From positions 196,095-260,094 of the forward strand of contig JAUSNP010000006.1 of NCBI GenBank assembly GCA_030645735.1: DNA of 64,000 bases, read 5' to 3'. The DNA comes from Candidatus Moraniibacteriota bacterium. GTDB lineage: Bacteria; Patescibacteriota; Minisyncoccia; Moranbacterales; UBA2206. Shown here piece after piece: positions 18,667 to 26,392 of this stretch. Position 1 is the stretch's first letter, and every line of letters begins with the position of its first letter. The notes beneath the pieces are model-generated. The model did no database searches and had not been told where the DNA came from. It saw only the letters and a list, made by a program, of their open reading frames with translations. The translations under genes and the position numbers were made by a program.

Positions 18667-19305
18667 TCACTCTTCCAGCAAATATCTTCTCATCTCACTT
18701 CTGCGTTGATTTATTTCTTTCGCGTTTATATCAACAAATTCACTATAATCACTCCTGTCTTTAAATTGACTTAAAATAATTTCTGAATTACATAATTTTT
18801 CAACACTATCATCCAAGTAGTTTTTCAAACTTGATCTAAATTCTCTTGAATTATGAATAATATTGTTGCCATTAACATAAGCTGACAGGTACAATAAATA
18901 TTCATTGCTATTTACATGCACAGCCTTGAATCTTCCTTGAAATAATGAACCACTTCTTTTGTTCCTGTGATTAAAATATCCTGTATAGCCACCGCTAATG
19001 CGTTTCATAAATTCAGATATACCGCCATCTCTCAACTGTTTTAATATGAAATGAAAATGATTTGGAAGTAAATTATAGGCAATTATCTCAACCAATGCAT
19101 CATTCTGTAGGGGTTTCACCCCTACAGAGTTTGTTTTACTTTTTATATATAAACTAATGACTGGCTCAATTTGATTAAATTCTCTTATTGATTTAAGAAA
19201 TCTTGAATAATCATATTTGTCCAAAAAAATATCTCGCTTCTCCACTCCGCGATTAAATATATGATAATATTCTCCATTTACAAACTCAAAAGAAAAATTT
19301 CCCAT
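18667..19305 (-). CDS. IS200/IS605-family Y1 (HuH) transposase, REP-associated tyrosine transposase (RAYT)-like, carrying an in-frame REP insertion
   Basis: N-term EYYHIFNRGVEKRDIF (YHV..RG..IF motif), HuH motif NHFHFIL, Tyr-containing helix YLLYLSAYVNGN; residues SVGVKPLQ are encoded by REP copy 2. Confidence 0.7.
   Translation of the reverse strand: MGNFSFEFVNGEYYHIFNRGVEKRDIFLDKYDYSRFLKSIREFNQIEPVISLYIKSKTNSVGVKPLQNDALVEIIAYNLLPNHFHFILKQLRDGGISEFMKRISGGYTGYFNHRNKRSGSLFQGRFKAVHVNSNEYLLYLSAYVNGNNIIHNSREFRSSLKNYLDDSVEKLCNSEIILSQFKDRSDYSEFVDINAKEINQRRSEMRRYLLEE
19105..19127. repeat. REP palindromic element copy 2 (inside RAYT ORF, in frame)
   Basis: CTGTAGGGGTTTCACCCCTACAG perfect 9-bp arms, 5-nt loop. 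Confidence 0.85.
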
Positions 19306-19327
19306 CTTTTTTGTTTTATTTTTATAT

Positions 19328-19349
19328 CTGTAGGGGTGAAACCCCTACG
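19328..19349. repeat. REP palindromic element copy 3 (degenerate right arm)
   Basis: CTGTAGGGGTGAAACCCCTACg followed by ttaCCCacac. Confidence 0.75.
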
Positions 19350-19372
19350 TTACCCACACATTATTATTTTTT

Positions 19373-19786
19373 TTAAAAACTCGTGAAAATTATAAATACC
19401 AGCCAAGCAAAAAGCAATGTCAAAACCAATAGCCCAACCAACCATATGATTAGAAAAAGAAACGCTGTTCTATTTAGCCAGATATGCTCTTTTAGAAATT
19501 TTGGCTTGTAATTTTTAAATCCCTTCCACAATCCCCCTGCAATGAAAATTGTATCTATTACAGGCCAAACAATGAGTATTATAAATCTAACAATACTATT
19601 GCGGGAAAAGTTAGTAGTTGAAGTCAACAACACAGATGCAACTAGAATATTAAATGCTATTGAACCCCACATAATCAAAGCCAACTTTCGCATGAAAACA
19701 AAAAGCAAAGCATTGGATATTGCGAACAAAACAAGCGCCAAAATCATAATATTGACCGTAAACTGATCCGGCCCTATATCACTCAT
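19373..19786 (-). CDS. small polytopic membrane protein (4 TM), hypothetical
   Basis: 137 aa, four hydrophobic segments; second gene downstream of the LCAT-like lipase gene on the same strand. Confidence 0.4.
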   Translation of the reverse strand: MSDIGPDQFTVNIMILALVLFAISNALLFVFMRKLALIMWGSIAFNILVASVLLTSTTNFSRNSIVRFIILIVWPVIDTIFIAGGLWKGFKNYKPKFLKEHIWLNRTAFLFLIIWLVGLLVLTLLFAWLVFIIFTSF

Positions 19787-19847
19787 ATTTTTACACTTAA
19801 TAATTAAACAAGTTAATCAAGCCTTATTTACTTTTTATTTCCTATAT

Positions 19848-19883
19848 CCGTAGGGGTTTCACCCCTACATTACCCCTACATTA
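19848..19883. repeat. REP palindromic element copy 4 (with duplicated right arm)
   Basis: CcGTAGGGGTTTCACCCCTACAttaCCCCTACAtta. Confidence 0.8.
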
Positions 19884-20291
19884 TTTCTTACTTTTATAAA
19901 CCGACATGATTTTGACTAGGGAGGTTACGATGAAGACGGCGTAGAAAATGCCAATTATCAGCATGTTGAAACTGCTGGATATAGCACCGCTGATGCCCAT
20001 GCCACCACTTCGGCCTTGAGAGTTGATCAAGAAAGTGACCAGCATAATCACCGGCACAAACCAGCGGGCAAATCTCCACCAAGCCTGAAAAACTTCGTCA
20101 CGCATTTTGTAGGTGATGAGAGAGAGGAGAAAAACAAACGGAAGAGGAGAAAAAGGATATACAATAAAACCAAAAGTTTCCTTACAAATACCCCGATATG
20201 CTCCGCAAAAATTATATAGAAGCGCGAGCAATAAAAACACAAATGCTCCCCCTGCTATCCCACTTATCCATAATACACTTTTTTTGCTCAT
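19881..20291 (-). CDS. small polytopic membrane protein (4 TM), hypothetical
   Basis: 136 aa, four hydrophobic segments; immediately downstream (18 nt) of the LCAT-like lipase gene. Confidence 0.4.
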   Translation of the reverse strand: MSKKSVLWISGIAGGAFVFLLLALLYNFCGAYRGICKETFGFIVYPFSPLPFVFLLSLITYKMRDEVFQAWWRFARWFVPVIMLVTFLINSQGRSGGMGISGAISSSFNMLIIGIFYAVFIVTSLVKIMSVYKSKK

Positions 20292-20308
20292 ATTTTTTAA
20301 TAAAAGAA

Positions 20309-23300
20309 TTAATACTTAATTTCGACTATGCCTTGTTTGGTTGTTAGCTCAGGAACAATCAACCCTACCAACTTCTGTTTGATTGCTCGCCTATCAGCAT
20401 CATCGTCATCATCCCTGTCATCATGCAATTCTTGCGGTCTAGTCATAATCATTGTGACATTTTGCTTTGGTCGATAGTGTGATTCGATGGCACTAGAAGA
20501 TGTGCGCAGATTAGTGGCGAACATCGAATATGTCGCGCCCTTTCTATTTAAGCTCCAGTTGTACTTTGCCATTGTATCATGAAGCTTGGTCACCACGCCA
20601 TTATAGCTAATTGAATTTAGCTCAACAGCCACCCTGCGATCATGGCTTACGAATTTTTCTGTATATTTGAGAATTGTGACATTTCCTGCTTGATCAGTGA
20701 TTGTGGCTGTGGTCATTTTGCCAACATATCTCTCATTTTCTCTTTCTCTGTCGCTATACTTTGAATTCTTTTTGGATATTGCGGAGGTGACATAAGTCAC
20801 TGTGGTTGGATTTTCGTCAATGCCTTCAACTCTCATTGAATTGGTCTGAGTGTCAAAAAATATTCTGGCTTCTGGCGGGGTTTGATCTGCTGTGGGTTGC
20901 ATGACTGTTTCGCCGACTTTCGGTTGCAAAGAAAAATCAATGACGCTGTTTCCATCAAAGTCCACTGCCAATGGTGAGGCATTTTGAATTGTCCCATCAA
21001 TCACTTCCATAGTAACCTTGGCCTTGTCAGAAGAAGGAACTCCGGCAAAAGTTGTTTTGGCCACCACCGCGTCATTTTCCACCTCTTGCATCTCCAAGGT
21101 AAATGAACCTTCGGCCAAGCCGTCCAGCGTCACTGTGTGCGCCACAGAGGCTGACAAAGAGATGAATTGCACTTCGCCAAAGCGTTTGTATATTGCCCCA
21201 GGAATGGTCGAAACTGAAGCACTGATTTCATTGCCAGAGGTGTCATGAGCTGACAGTGCCAAAGGTGAATGCAAGATATAATGCAAACGCTTTTCGGAAC
21301 TATTTGATGGTTTTGAATCTGAAATAAATTGAGGAAAAGATGTTGATGATTGAGTTAAAATATTATCTTTAATAAAACTTCGTAATTCTGAAACTTCTAG
21401 AATATCCGCATGCTCTATGCTTCTGACAACGGGAATATTATAATCATCCAAATCTACCCAATACCTCTTCACATTTTCATTTGCACTCATCGCCAACGCA
21501 CTTGGCGCCACCACTGTACCATCGCCATCAATCACTGTGTCCGGAGTATATTGAATCTTGTCCCGATATGCGAGACATTTGCCTTCAAACACCTCCGAAC
21601 ATTCGATGCCTGTCCAATATTTGATTGTTCCAAGCGTCTCTTCGCCAAAACCAGCGATTTGATAAACAGAAATTGATGCTGGCACTGTCCAATTGTCATC
21701 TAGTGCTTGATGCACATCTTCAGCATTACCTAACAGTTTTGCATTGATTGAACTTGGACTGACAACATCATTTGAATCAGCTGAAACTTTTCTTTCAGAA
21801 TCCAAAAGGAAATCATGCAATTCAGTTGGGTTGTCGATTTCATTGCCATATTTATTGATGAAAGATTGCGTAAGTGATCCATTTTCAAATGAAATCATTG
21901 GTGTGCTCGTTGAACTGCCATTTCCATTGAAATATGCGCTTGATGGCAAAAGATTGTATGCGCTTGGCATGTTATTAGCTAATGTTCGAGCAACTTTTGG
22001 AGCAAGCAGCAAGGGAAACCAATCTGCAGGCAAGCCTTGATCATAGCCATGCAAGATTCCACCAATTGCTTGTGGCGTTCCGACTTGTGGCACGGCCACC
22101 ATAACAATCTTGTCAATCAGACTCTCAGCCTCTGCTCCCAATTTGTTGGTCAACGCTTTTGCCAACAGCCCACCATTGGAATGCGCTACGATGGTCACTT
22201 TGCCAGTTTTGGAAGTTTCCGCCAATCGTCTCAACTCACGCACAATGTATGGCGAGATTGACGCTTGGGTATAAGAAATATTTTTCCCATCAAATGTTCC
22301 AGAAGTCAAAATATCTTCCAGTGACAATCGCCAATCATATGGCATAGCCACATAATCATTGATAATTTTGTCATCATTTTTCCATTTTTCCAAATCAGCC
22401 TTAAATGAATTGTAAATATTTTTTTGCCCAATGAGTGGCGATACATTCACCTCATCCAAAACATCTCTTGTATAAACATCTGGATCTAGACTTTTGCCGT
22501 TTTTATCTAGAAATAATTTTTCCACATCCGCATCGCGATTAGGTTCCCAAAGTTGATTCTCTGTTCCAATCACTCCATCAGTATACAACCGACTCGCCTC
22601 CAATCCTGGCAAGAAAAGGACGTTGGATGCGCCACTGGCTGTTACTGATGGCACAGAATTTTCAATTTCTGTGGCGCTCCAACTTTCTGAAGTATAGTCG
22701 CCAATTAGTTTTTCTCCGCCTACATTTGGCGCGGATTCAATTTCAGGTCCGGCTGGATCGCCGTACCAATTGCTTTTCAAAAGAACTTTGGTTTTGTCAT
22801 GAAAGCTCGGGTCACTGCCTGCGACATTGGTGCAATATCCACCACAAATCGGACCATAGATTCCATAGTCATCTGGATAATTCAGCTTGCACTCATTGAA
22901 ACAGTTTTCAAAAAGTGCATTATATACATCTGGCTTTGTGACTTTGGCTGTGACAGCCGTGTCTTGAGAATTGTTTTGGAAATTGGAGTTTTCTATGAAC
23001 AAATAACTTTGTGAATTCCATTCGCCATATTCCGTCTCAACTTTTATATCCGCATAGGCATTGTTTTTGAAATCACAGTTGCTCATTTTCACTCGGCCTG
23101 AATAGAGGGTCATAGCTGGAGCAGCCTCATTCACAGGCGCCGCGTAGGCTACTGGAAAAAACATATCCTTGAGGCCGTTATTCATTCCCAAGCCAGGACA
23201 GCTGTCCGTGTCATAGGAAAATTCATCACCCATCTGAGAAAATTCGACAAATTCAAAAATAGATTCTGGATCGTCCACATAATCCCCTGGGGCGCTGAAT

Positions 23301-23686
23301 TCAATCGTGGCGGTTGGCGACATAAAACAACGCGGATTATATGCTCCGCCCTCTTCAAAAGTCAGTGGGATTCCAGCCAATTTGATTTTTTCTTCTTTGG
23401 TGCCTTGAGCAATGACATTTCCACTGATGGACAAGTGACGAAAAGCTAATTGCGTTCCTTTTTCAATAGTCAAAGTCACGCCCCAATTGACATAAATGTT
23501 TCCATAGTTAGATAAATCCGTACTATTGTTCCAAGTGGTGTTTTCACTGATATACAAATCTTCCAATGGCAAAACTTCGCCAGCTACAATATTTTTCGAC
23601 AAAGCCATGAGATCAATCCGCAAAGGACTGATGGCAAAGATAACGATAAAAATTATGACACCCATGTTTTTGATTGTCTTGTGCAT
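20309..23686 (-). CDS. large secreted multidomain protein with LCAT/PGAP1-like alpha/beta-hydrolase (lipase/acyltransferase) domain
   Basis: N-terminal signal/anchor MGVIIFIVIFAISPL; central PYDWRLS motif (LCAT-family hallmark) followed by lipase nucleophile elbow VTIVAHSNGG (A-H-S-x-G as in Bacillus LipA); N-terminal region with beta-helix-like NxxN repeats; acidic DDRDDDDDADRR near C-terminus. Confidence 0.6.
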   Translation of the reverse strand: MHKTIKNMGVIIFIVIFAISPLRIDLMALSKNIVAGEVLPLEDLYISENTTWNNSTDLSNYGNIYVNWGVTLTIEKGTQLAFRHLSISGNVIAQGTKEEKIKLAGIPLTFEEGGAYNPRCFMSPTATIEFSAPGDYVDDPESIFEFVEFSQMGDEFSYDTDSCPGLGMNNGLKDMFFPVAYAAPVNEAAPAMTLYSGRVKMSNCDFKNNAYADIKVETEYGEWNSQSYLFIENSNFQNNSQDTAVTAKVTKPDVYNALFENCFNECKLNYPDDYGIYGPICGGYCTNVAGSDPSFHDKTKVLLKSNWYGDPAGPEIESAPNVGGEKLIGDYTSESWSATEIENSVPSVTASGASNVLFLPGLEASRLYTDGVIGTENQLWEPNRDADVEKLFLDKNGKSLDPDVYTRDVLDEVNVSPLIGQKNIYNSFKADLEKWKNDDKIINDYVAMPYDWRLSLEDILTSGTFDGKNISYTQASISPYIVRELRRLAETSKTGKVTIVAHSNGGLLAKALTNKLGAEAESLIDKIVMVAVPQVGTPQAIGGILHGYDQGLPADWFPLLLAPKVARTLANNMPSAYNLLPSSAYFNGNGSSTSTPMISFENGSLTQSFINKYGNEIDNPTELHDFLLDSERKVSADSNDVVSPSSINAKLLGNAEDVHQALDDNWTVPASISVYQIAGFGEETLGTIKYWTGIECSEVFEGKCLAYRDKIQYTPDTVIDGDGTVVAPSALAMSANENVKRYWVDLDDYNIPVVRSIEHADILEVSELRSFIKDNILTQSSTSFPQFISDSKPSNSSEKRLHYILHSPLALSAHDTSGNEISASVSTIPGAIYKRFGEVQFISLSASVAHTVTLDGLAEGSFTLEMQEVENDAVVAKTTFAGVPSSDKAKVTMEVIDGTIQNASPLAVDFDGNSVIDFSLQPKVGETVMQPTADQTPPEARIFFDTQTNSMRVEGIDENPTTVTYVTSAISKKNSKYSDRERENERYVGKMTTATITDQAGNVTILKYTEKFVSHDRRVAVELNSISYNGVVTKLHDTMAKYNWSLNRKGATYSMFATNLRTSSSAIESHYRPKQNVTMIMTRPQELHDDRDDDDDADRRAIKQKLVGLIVPELTTKQGIVEIKY

Positions 23687-23846
23687 GTTTTTGTTTGTTT
23701 TTTATTTTTTTAGATATTAAAAAACCACGGAGTTACCCGCGGTCGATTGGCATAAAAATATCGCACAACACAAAAGCTCTCAGATATCCTGAAAAATTTC
23801 TAGCGACTATCACAGTGCGTCTTGTATTTTTGTTTTTCACACCTAA

Positions 23847-23875
23847 ATTATACTAGATGCTCATTATTTTGACAA
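23847..23875 (-). promoter_or_regulatory. sigma70-type promoter for the LCAT-like gene (minus strand: TTGTCA-17nt-TATAAT) embedded in palindrome TTGACAaggTGTCAA
   Basis: plus-strand attata 23847-23852 (= TATAAT on minus), 17-nt spacer, tgacaa 23870-23875 (= TTGTCA); palindromic 15-mer 23869-23883. Confidence 0.5.
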
Positions 23876-23924
23876 GGTGTCAAGAATTCATCATGACCCA
23901 AAGTTATCCACAGCCCATCTGATT

Positions 23925-23947
23925 CTGTAGGGGTGAAACCCCTACAG
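23925..23947. repeat. REP palindromic element copy 5
   Basis: CTGTAGGGGTGAAACCCCTACAG perfect, immediately 3' of the wzm stop. Confidence 0.85.
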
Positions 23948-23949
23948 AG

Positions 23950-24774
23950 CTAGATGTCCTCCGCGATCCGTGGAGCCATTTTTCGGTAGGACCAGATGCT
24001 GAAGGCGAAAGCGCCGAGCACGATGGAGATAAAGGCAGTGTATTGAGTGGAGCTGGCGAAGTGATTATTAATCAAAGATTCTTTGGTGAAGTGGATGATG
24101 AAGGCCAAAGGATTGAGCAGAATCAATGTGTGATATTTAACTGGCAAAGTTACTAAAGGATAGATGATGGGTGAAGCATACATGATGATCATGAGAAGCA
24201 CTTCCCAAATCATGGAAAGGTCACGGAATTTCACGTAGAGTGGTGCCGTTATCAGAGCAAAAGACAGGATTATAATATAAATGAAAACTGAGAACAGCAG
24301 AAATACGCCAATGGCAGCAAGACTTGGCATGAAACCCTTGAGAGCGAAAAAGAAAACAATCACGACTAGATTCATTAGGAATATCAAGGTGGCGTTGATA
24401 GTGGAAGCCAAAATGATGGTCCAACGCGGAACATAAATTTTGGTCACCAATTGTGATTTGCTCAACAGCGAATTCATGCCGGCACCGGTACCCTCAGCAA
24501 AAAAATAGAACATCATCAAAGAAACCAAAAGTTGCAAAGAATAGGTATCTGTTCCATCGACATTTCTTAGATTGAAAACTGAAGAGAAAACAAAATTCAA
24601 AATCGCAAAAGTCAAAAGCGGTTTCAAAAGCGCCCATAAATAGCCCAAAACACTGCCATGATAGCGCAGTTTGAAATCGGTTTTGGCTAGCATCCAAATT
24701 AGCTCTTTGTAATTCTCATGTTGTCTCATATAGAAGTCCATAAAGTCCGTAAAGCTTAAAGTCCATAAAGCCAT
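23950..24774 (-). CDS. wzm: polysaccharide ABC exporter permease (ABC-2 family) Wzm/TagG-like
   Basis: YKELIWMLAKTDFKLRYHGSVLGYLWALLKPLL ABC-2 signature start, 6 TM; first ~14 codons overlap the decamer repeat array so true start may be at a downstream Met. Confidence 0.8.
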   Translation of the reverse strand: MALWTLSFTDFMDFYMRQHENYKELIWMLAKTDFKLRYHGSVLGYLWALLKPLLTFAILNFVFSSVFNLRNVDGTDTYSLQLLVSLMMFYFFAEGTGAGMNSLLSKSQLVTKIYVPRWTIILASTINATLIFLMNLVVIVFFFALKGFMPSLAAIGVFLLFSVFIYIIILSFALITAPLYVKFRDLSMIWEVLLMIIMYASPIIYPLVTLPVKYHTLILLNPLAFIIHFTKESLINNHFASSTQYTAFISIVLGAFAFSIWSYRKMAPRIAEDI

Positions 24775-24833
24775 CGGTCTTATTTTTTAATACAGTTCAA
24801 AAGCTTAAGGTCCGAAAGCTATTGGTCTAGCTT
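24733..24833. repeat. phased AAAGTCC / GGACTTT decamer array (imperfect large palindrome) B
   Basis: AAGTCCATAAAGTCCGTAAAGCTTAAAGTCCATAAAG...AAGGTCCGAAAGC. Confidence 0.7.
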
Positions 24834-25178
24834 TTTGATAAAACCAGAAAGCATCTTAGAAATTTCAAATGATAAATTATATAATCTTGTGAATTCCTCC
24901 TCTTTAATATAGCCTAGATCCAAAGATAGATAAAGCATGGAACGAACCTCGCCACACGAGCCCTTGGCAATAAATAAAAAGTGTTTAAATTCTTTATCAC
25001 CTTTTCTCTCAAACCCCTCAGCGATATTGTTCATCACCGAAACTGCCGCTCTTTGAATTTGGTCTCTAAAAGAAAAGTCCCTATTCAATTTAAAAATATT
25101 ATAGATATCCAAAGTGAGCATGCGCGACTTTTGCCAAGCAATAATATCCTCAAATTTTTCTATTTTTATATTTTGCAT
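24819..25178 (-). CDS. four-helix-bundle protein (TIGR02436 / 23S rRNA intervening-sequence protein family; Avd-like fold)
   Basis: AWQKSRMLTLDIYNI...FRDQIQRAAVSVMNNIAEGFERKGDKEFKHFLFIAKGSCGEV matches the family consensus. Confidence 0.8.
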   Translation of the reverse strand: MQNIKIEKFEDIIAWQKSRMLTLDIYNIFKLNRDFSFRDQIQRAAVSVMNNIAEGFERKGDKEFKHFLFIAKGSCGEVRSMLYLSLDLGYIKEEEFTRLYNLSFEISKMLSGFIKKLDQ

Positions 25179-25182
25179 TGAT

Positions 25183-25222
25183 AGACTTTATGAACCTTAT
25201 GGACTTGATGGACTTTTGACTG
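25183..25222. repeat. decamer array C
   Basis: GACTTTATGAACCTTATGGACTTGATGGACTTTTGAC. Confidence 0.6.
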
Positions 25223-25224
25223 TC

Positions 25225-26298
25225 TTATACATTATCCATTGTTTTGTACCACTCTGGCATCATTTGAAAGACTTCAACTTGCCTTCTAACACCTTCTTCC
25301 ATATTCATTTTTGGCTCATAGCCTAGCATCTCCCTGGCCTTGCTAATATCAGCCGAAGAAACTACATCTCCTTTGTCACTTTCTACTAGTTTATATTTCA
25401 CCGGAGTACCCAAAACCTTGCCAATGATATCCAGCCAAAGTCTGATCGGCTGCGGATCAGATGTTCCAATATTGAACACATCAAATTTCGTCTTGTGATC
25501 TAGGAGTAATAACAAACCATCTACCTGATCATCGATATAAGTGCTGTCTTTAGCTGTGTCTAATCCCTTGCTACCATAAATAGAAATTTCTTTCCCATTG
25601 TAGGCAAAATTGATGGCGCGTTGCATGAACATGCCATACATTCTTTGCAATGGTCCATAAATTGGTCCGAAAATTCGGTCCACACACACATCCAATCCAT
25701 ATACCACCGAAGCTGCGTGGCACAAAACCTCTCCGGAAACTTTCGTGGCGCCATAAGGAGAAACGGCATGCATCACATCATCAGTTTCTGAAACTTTTTT
25801 GTCATCGCGATTGCCATAGACCGATGAAGATCCACCGAATACAAATTTCTTGGTGCCAAAATTTCGGCAGGCATCCAGCAAGGTCACCGTTCCCACCACA
25901 TTAACATTGGCATAGGTCACTGGTTTTTGTACTGACATCGGCACGCCACCCCAAGCCGCCAAATGAATGACAGCATCAATGCCTTCAGTCCTAAACATTT
26001 CATTCACCTTTTCCGCATCCGTAATGTCCATTTCATAGAATTTGAAGCTTCCAAGCTTGCCAGTTGGTTTCGGATAGTAACTTTCCATCTTTTCAAAAAC
26101 ATTTTGGATTTCATCCAATGGAGTTTCAATCGGCAAGCCAGCTAAAATATTTATCAAATCAACATTAAATTGCTTGCAGCGTCTTGGATAATATTCGTTG
26201 AAATTGTCGATACCCACTACATCATCTCCACGGCGAATCAATGCTCGTGAAACATAGTTGCCGATAAAACCTGCTGCACCCGTGACTAATACTTTCAT
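25225..26298 (-). CDS. NAD-dependent nucleotide-sugar epimerase (UDP-glucuronate/UDP-hexose 4-epimerase-like)
   Basis: MKVLVTGAAGFIGNYVSRALIRRGDDVVGIDNFNEYY Rossmann/extended SDR start, YGATK catalytic motif; ~55-aa insertion after the first beta-alpha unit. Confidence 0.75.
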   Translation of the reverse strand: MKVLVTGAAGFIGNYVSRALIRRGDDVVGIDNFNEYYPRRCKQFNVDLINILAGLPIETPLDEIQNVFEKMESYYPKPTGKLGSFKFYEMDITDAEKVNEMFRTEGIDAVIHLAAWGGVPMSVQKPVTYANVNVVGTVTLLDACRNFGTKKFVFGGSSSVYGNRDDKKVSETDDVMHAVSPYGATKVSGEVLCHAASVVYGLDVCVDRIFGPIYGPLQRMYGMFMQRAINFAYNGKEISIYGSKGLDTAKDSTYIDDQVDGLLLLLDHKTKFDVFNIGTSDPQPIRLWLDIIGKVLGTPVKYKLVESDKGDVVSSADISKAREMLGYEPKMNMEEGVRRQVEVFQMMPEWYKTMDNV

Positions 26299-26307
26299 AT
26301 AAATTTT

Positions 26308-26392
26308 AGTTCATAAAGTTCGTAAAGTTAAAGGTTCGTAAAGTGTCGACTTTAAAAAACCTTATAAACTTGATGAACTTTATAACTTCGAT
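26308..26392. repeat. decamer array D (palindromic: AAAGTTC arm / GAACTTT arm)
   Basis: AGTTCATAAAGTTCGTAAAGTTAAAGGTTCGTAAAGTGTCGACTTT...CTTGATGAACTTTATAACTTCG. Confidence 0.7.

Noticed and set aside
18631-23947. Possible CRISPR array formed by the CTGTAGGGG...CCCCTACAG repeats
   Set aside because: Copies are irregularly spaced (0.2-4 kb), occur in both orientations and differ in arm detail. They are separated by full-length genes, and there are no cas genes. The pattern fits REP elements, not a CRISPR array.
24819-25178. Diversity-generating retroelement around the Avd-like four-helix-bundle gene
   Set aside because: No reverse-transcriptase ORF within the window. No ~100-nt template/variable repeat pair could be recognised.
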